Source of the DNA: Lingula anatina
Lineage: Eukaryota; Animalia; Brachiopoda
DNA length: 64,000 nt
Direction of reading: 5' to 3'
Assembly: GCA_051362555.1 (NCBI GenBank)
Contig: CM120644.1
Span: 13,662,567 to 13,726,566, forward strand
The translations under genes and the position numbers were made by a program. The notes under the pieces are model-generated. The model was not told the origin of the DNA, did not search any database, and saw only the letters and a program-made list of their open reading frames with translations. How positions within the stretch are numbered: the stretch's first letter is position 1; each line of letters starts with the position of its first letter. Shown here one piece after another: positions 57,301 to 64,000 of the stretch.

Positions 57301-57650
57301 TGAAAACACAACATATGTGGAAAGTAAATATCAGATTGATGCCCTCGTGGCCATTTCAAAAACCTCTTGGTGTGAATCTGATGTCTGAAAATATCAGAAA
57401 AACAAAAGTAGTTGGGTGAATCAAGTGTGATAAGAAAGATGTTTGTATTTGATGTAGAGAATGATAACGTAGGTTTTTAGGGGGGCGAAGGTGAAAAAAA
57501 ATTGATATATAGGTAGTGTGCACTATTTTTGATTCCCTTGTATGAGCTGTGGGCTGGTTAACCAGCATCACTAAATCATATTATTACATGCAGTGACTGG
57601 GGAGAGAGAGAGAGAGAGAGTCACCACCAAGCACATCTTATAGAAAATAA

Positions 57651-57750
<100 letters not shown>

Positions 57751-58294
57751 ATGCTCCCACCAGCAGCATTGAATTACACCACATCATTTGCTTAAATTGC
57801 TGGAAATATTTAATGGTGCCTCAAACAGGGCACAGCTTGGAAAACCAGGCTATTTTTACAATTGAGGAAAATCTGCTTGAATGAAAAGGAAAACAGGCAG
57901 ATTGTTTTTCTGTCCCTAACACCCTGTATTCCACTTCACTTGGGCACCTGAATATAAACATTCATTTCATTTCACCAAATGCTTATTTCAAAATTAATGT
58001 GATGCATTTTATAGAAATGACATTATTACAGTCAGGATTCACAGACTGTTCCATTAAGATTTAAAATTTAGTCCATGGGCTCTTTATCAAATAAGGCAGG
58101 GAAATAAGAAGCTATTCGGTAATGCATCTCCACATGTACTTTGCGGAGGGTGGAACTGTTCCTTCATTATCACAAAAAAAAGTGAAAGTTGCATGCATTA
58201 CATTGTGCAAATATTCCATCTGTTTTAAACTTTTGATAGCACAACCAATTTTGATCAAATGGAGCAGTTGTTTTTAAATGCTCTGCCTTTACAT

Positions 58295-58325
<31 letters not shown>

Positions 58326-58786
58326 TCAGCCTTGGACAAAATGGGAGCAGCAGCAACATGTTTAGACCATAGTTGTTTCTCTCTCATTATCGAAAGGATC
58401 TCATTGTGGACCTGTATCATTCACGTTGGTATCAGAGTAAGTTACATTTAGTCTGCCTCTTTTAGCTTTTCCTTCACATTCAGTTCTTTGAAAATTTATA
58501 TATTAGTAGTCAGTATCTGAAAGTTAAAACTTTCTGACACTCAGGGTGCATAGGTGCCCACACAGAGCGTTTTCAGGTAGAAAATCTTGCCTTGAAGCTG
58601 TTGGAAAAACAGATTTTCAGAAGTGGGATCAACTTCAAATATGCCACTCAAGGGGTCGGTATTCCTTTCACAGGACTCTGAGAGAATAGAACCAGTCAAG
58701 CATGTACAAGCTTTTTAATGTGCTTTTTGGGAAGAGAATTATGGTGAAATCGGATTTTGAAATTGATATGTTCTTATGCAACTCTT

Positions 58787-58833
<47 letters not shown>

Positions 58834-59554
58834 TGTGTGCGCACACACACACACACACACACACACACTGTGTGAGAAGAAAATATGTAAATGAAAGTTC
58901 TTGGAGATAAACCTGAAGTGAAAATGCAGTTATAAAAATGTCAAAAATGTAAGATGTTAATCTACAGGAAGTGCCAAAAGAAGTGTTAAGTAAAAACCGC
59001 AGAATATGTGCCCTTTTGAAATCTTTTTGAAAGATAGGAACAATTCCACACGTAAGAAAAATGAGAATAAATTTTATATACAAGTTTGATTTTAAGATGC
59101 TGTAATAATACAGGTCAAAATATATTTAAATCTTTTAGCTCTGACATTCAACAAAGTAAAACAAGTTTGTAAAAAAGATCAGATGTATCACAATAAGTCT
59201 ATCCAGTTAATCTTTACCCACAAATGACTCATTAAGAGTGCACCATTTTAATCATTGTGGTAAGAGGTTATGTTATTTGATTTTTAATAGGATTCTCATC
59301 TTTGCTTTCATATTAACACAGACAGGATAAATATATATCAAAATGGTGTTTTTAACATTACCTACTACCTATCATTTAAATACCACAGCTTTGATATCAA
59401 CTTTTAGACAATTGCAATCAATTGTTGAATGCATAGTTATTTTTTCAGTCTCTGCATCATGCAATGAATCCTACTCACTGCCTTCTGACATGGATTATGT
59501 AATCCTTATGTTGGACCAATCTCAGTTGTAAGCTGCTAAAGGTAGTAAGATGGG

Positions 59555-59882
59555 CCCAATGTGAACACGCATGTTGCCACAATTTAGCATAGTACATAAC
59601 TCAGTCCAAGTGTTCCCAATGTGAACACGCATGCTGCTACATTTTAGCAGACATAAACCCAGTCCAAGTTGGCCCAGTGTGAACACACATGCTGTCACAG
59701 TTTAGCAGATGTTAAGTTGGTCCAAGTTATCCCAAGGTGAACACACATAATGTCACAGTTTAGCAGATGTATTCTCGGTCCAAATTATCCCAAGGTGAAC
59801 ACACATAATGTCACAGTTTAGCTGATGTAAACTCGGTCCAAGTTATCCCAAGGTGAACACACATAATGTCACAGTTTAGCTG
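59555..59882. repeat. ~58-bp minisatellite, 6 copies
   Basis: Unit cccaaggtgaacacacataatgtcacagtttagcagatgta..ctcggtccaagttat; the right-hand copies are the most similar. Confidence 0.85.
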
Positions 59883-62800
59883 TACAACTGAGCTAAGTGT
59901 AATGGCCATAAGATTGTCATCAGATAAACTTGAAGGGGGTAATTGTGGGGCTTTTATCTCCCCGTCATCTTGGTGTCAGTGTCACACTCCAGCATGGAGT
60001 TGTCTTGGAGGGACCAGCCCACTGATGTCAGAGTACTTTATGCTTTATTTTATAACAAGATAAGAATTTTTTTACCTTTTTTGACAACATTGTAATTTGT
60101 AGAGTAATGGGAGTGGTTTCCAACTGTACAAATTGTGTGTGTGTGTGTGTGTGTGTGCACGCACACGCATGTGTGCATATGTCTGAGGGGAGGGGGGAGG
60201 ATAGATAATGGTACATATGGGTGAGGAGAGAGGCCAGGCAAGTTATGGGACACGTGGAAATGCATTATACAAATGAAGAGAAAAAACAACAACAAAAAAG
60301 AATCAAGAAGTTTGATGTGCATAGAATATATAATGATTGACAGAAAGAAGGAAAAAGAGAATGACAGATTTAATTTAAGATGGACATTTACTGGATGTAC
60401 TTGACATTTTGTCTTGAAGCAGTTGTAGTTAAAGATGAGAGGTGATGGATGTATGTGAGATGGAAGACATTTGCAGCCTCCTGCATGTACTGACCACTGG
60501 CTACTTTCCCAACTGGACCGTGATGGATGACCCCTCCCAGGTGTTAACTGAACAATGGCTTAGAATTATGTGACAGTTGAAACAATAAACACCTCCATCA
60601 GAACTGTTTTGTGTAGGATTTTTTTTCTGATTTGTGAATGCCATGCGTGTTTTGATAGTTTTTTGGTTTGGAGTTAAATATTAAGAATATTGAAAGCTTA
60701 AATCAGCAGTGGTGCATTGTAGAAGGAAATTGAAAAAGGACAGAAAAATGTTTAGAATATAATGTTTCTGTTTTATATATTCTTTTTAGCATTTGCATTG
60801 GTCAGGCATTATGTAAAAAAAAATTTGCATTTGCATTGGTCCTTTTTGCATTTGCATTGGTCAGGAATTTTGTAAAAAAAATTCTCTTCAGAAACAAGTC
60901 TTGAGCATAAAACATCTTCCGTCTTCCAGAATCATTTTATTTATGATATGATAAGTGAAAAAAGTTCCATTACTATAGAAAAAGATTATTTCAGCAATAT
61001 CCCCAAAAGATGGGTCAACTTTATCTCATTTTTTCATAATATGTCACCTATGTCCGATCAAAAATAATTTTCCTTTTTTCACAAAATGGATTGCTTTTAA
61101 ATTTTAGTATGGTTATTCACAACCTCTGGGGGAAGGGGTCCAGTCAAGCTCTAGGCATTCTGCTGTATTGTGAATTTTATTTGTTAAATTTTTCACTATT
61201 GTGTCTTAACAAGAACGCACATAAAGGCTTCAAGACAACAAGGATAAAATTGGTGAAAGATAATCATCATTTCTATGGGTGCAACATACCACTTCACAAT
61301 GGCTCAAGGTGATTTGTTTTGTGATTTATTTTTTACAGCTTCCAGGTTGACACTTGTCAAACATACCAGCCTTTTTTCACAGTTTCCTGCCAAAATTCCA
61401 TGCTTATGGTAATTAGTTCCAGGGATATATACTTAAAAACTGAATAGGGGGTAGAAGAAAATTGAAAATATGTGTGATTTTACTGCTTCCTCTGAAAGCT
61501 GTAATTATGATGTTGCTACAGGGTGTCAGACATGAGTCATCATATCTGCTTAATGTGTTCTTTCATCCCTTGAAAAGTTGCTTGATTATGTATAATATTT
61601 TTGGAAATGCAATAATATAAAATGATTAAAAAAGCCATTCAGTTTTGAAAAAGGGAAAACAATACTTAAACGTCTGTTAAATTGGTATGTATTGATATCT
61701 GTCTATGAGTCACCAAACTAATTCTTTTCATTTCTGGAAGGTAAAGGAACAAGAACAATCGTGTTTTGATACATATTTTGTGTCTCTGCCAAATTTTTTG
61801 ATATACCAAAGCAGAAGATGTAAAACAGTTCTTTGCCTGCCCCCCCCCCCCCCCCACACACACACACACGCACACACACAAATCATAAATTAGAAGAGGA
61901 AAATTAGTTTAAAAGGGATGGGGCATAGTTTCACAAAATGTTATAAGTATGTTAGACAATGTATCTCACTTAGCTCTGTGACAGGTAAAGAACACCAGCA
62001 AATAAACCTAATTAAGTCAACAACAGGGTTGTGTATCCAATATGATAGGTAAACATTTACAGGCTATTTTTATGTACGATTTGCCAGCAGAATATTAATG
62101 TGGTGATTTGCTTTAATTTTTGGTATTGTTTGCCTGGTACAGCTGTGTTTGAGCTTTCATATGTGCATCGGGAAAGTTGATGATGTTTCTGATTCAGCGT
62201 TTGTCTGTCTATCCAAATTAGGTGCATGTATTTGTCTCTCGTTCTGTCTTTACACCTGTCTAAATGTCTGTCTAATAAGTTAGAGTAATAACATGGAGTA
62301 CTAGTACATTCTTTGTCTACTTGTCTGTCTATCTAAAAAATACATCTAGGCTTAAATTATTTACAATTATCTGGGAGTATAATATTTATGTACAGAAGTT
62401 ATGTGTGACTTTGAAGGGGGAGGTTGCCAGAACAGCCAACTTTATGGACCGCATGCCGTACTTATGTTACAGCTACACAGATAAGTGTGTAAGACATAGG
62501 TTGACACTTCAGATGGTCATTTATCACGATAACACTGTCCCGATAACAAAATGTTTACTTGCCTGGTTACCTGTGATTGTCTGCAATAAAGGTTATTACA
62601 CTGCTACGCAGATTCATTGGCATTGCTCGTTGTCACACTCGGCATAATGTGACACCTACCACAGTAGAAAAAATTAATCGCAATATATGAGGGCACAAAT
62701 GAAAAATATTGTGTGGTGTTAGAGTGGTTTTTCATGTTTAACCTGTGAATAGGAATTGTTGTTGGTGCATAGATGCTAATAAAATCTGGTATGCTAAAGA

Positions 62801-64000
62801 TATTGAGACTTAAAGTTATTGCTCCTTAAATTTAATTTCTATAGCTACTGTAACATTTGTGTAATTTCTTCTTATGACTCGGTTCTTGGGTGAGATTTAT
62901 GGTGATTTGAAGGTAATAATACTTTATGAAAACATTTATAAGTGAAGTGGAAAAAAAAAGAATATATGCATTATGAATATTTAGGGGGTTGATGAGGCAT
63001 TCACATAGTTGTACTTCTACCTTTACATCTTACTGTGATTGAAACCTTATTTTTTATTATTTATCAGCAAACCTCATCCAATTTTAGCCTCATATTTCTG
63101 CAACTTGTTCCAGAACCAGTTACAGAGTAATCACATAGAGAGATAAAATGTTATGAACAAAACAGCAGTTTTTTTCCCAGAATAACCCATTTGATATTTG
63201 ACATTTACTACCTATGCAGGTATTTTCAGACCCAAAACAAAGAGGTCGTGAATGAAGATAAAATGTTTCAACCCAAACCGCAATTATCACCAGAATAACC
63301 CAACGCATCAAATTTTATTCCACCAACAACCACTCTACCCACATGATAACCTCGATAGATAATTACCAGTCAATAAAAACCCTGCTAACAAAAAAGCAAG
63401 CACACCGCTTCATTGTAAGGCAGTGCTGGGGGCGTGTACTAAAGACCACTAATGGTAGATTGGTATTATGTGAGCATAAAAATATGGCGGTTTGCCCCTG
63501 CATTTAATGGGGTGTGTAATCGCAGTACAGAAAGAAGTCTTTGTGGCATACTCCCCTGTGGAGTTGTGCTTACCCAATAAAGAATAAAACTGTCAGGGGT
63601 ACGGGCACGGGTGTTATTTTTACAAGTTAAGTCTAGGGATTAGCGATGAAGTTTGAATCTTTTTTTTTCGTCCTGAAATGTCCCGTCAGAGGGACCAGAC
63701 ACGTTTTGGCATAATATGAAAAAGAAAAGTTTTTTTTTTTACTTCATTAGTTGAGGAATAAAAAAGGGGTACTATGTAGGCACCCTTTGCTAATTTTGTG
63801 GAAGATGACAATTTTTCAAATGGAGACAGCTTCTCCCTCCCTGTTTGGACATTTAAATAGGCCAGGGTTCCGATTAGAATACTCAGCTTAAAAAATAAAC
63901 CTTTCTTTCATCCCATACTAATATGGGTGCCAGAAGGAGACAGGATGGCCTGTATTGTATAGGGTAGTTTGTGAGTAATCAGAGTACTATTGGAAAATAA

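Overview
AT-rich invertebrate (probably lophotrochozoan; this is an inference) nuclear DNA. From left to right: (i) a complex satellite at 1-2650 with a ~1339-bp period and an internal fold-back palindrome; (ii) a Helentron-type non-autonomous element; (iii) a complete 12-exon minus-strand astacin (M12A) metalloprotease with three ShK domains (3798-14874, 486 aa), whose intron 6 holds a full-length BEL/Pao LTR retrotransposon with apparently identical 421-bp LTRs and an uninterrupted 1693-aa polyprotein; (iv) an unexplained plus-strand locus at ~17.9-22.2 kb, with a TATA+Inr core promoter, ten tandem exon-intron cassettes built on a 52-bp unit that reads VRLRGG, and then an orphan frameshifted TDP-43 (TARDBP) exon; (v) a 5'-truncated CR1/L2-type LINE just downstream of a tRNA-Leu(TAG) gene that encodes its own CCA; (vi) the first four coding exons of RECK (33517-54374, plus strand), whose long introns carry many MITEs, minisatellites and microsatellites. 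All calls come from reading the sequence by eye; no database searches were run.
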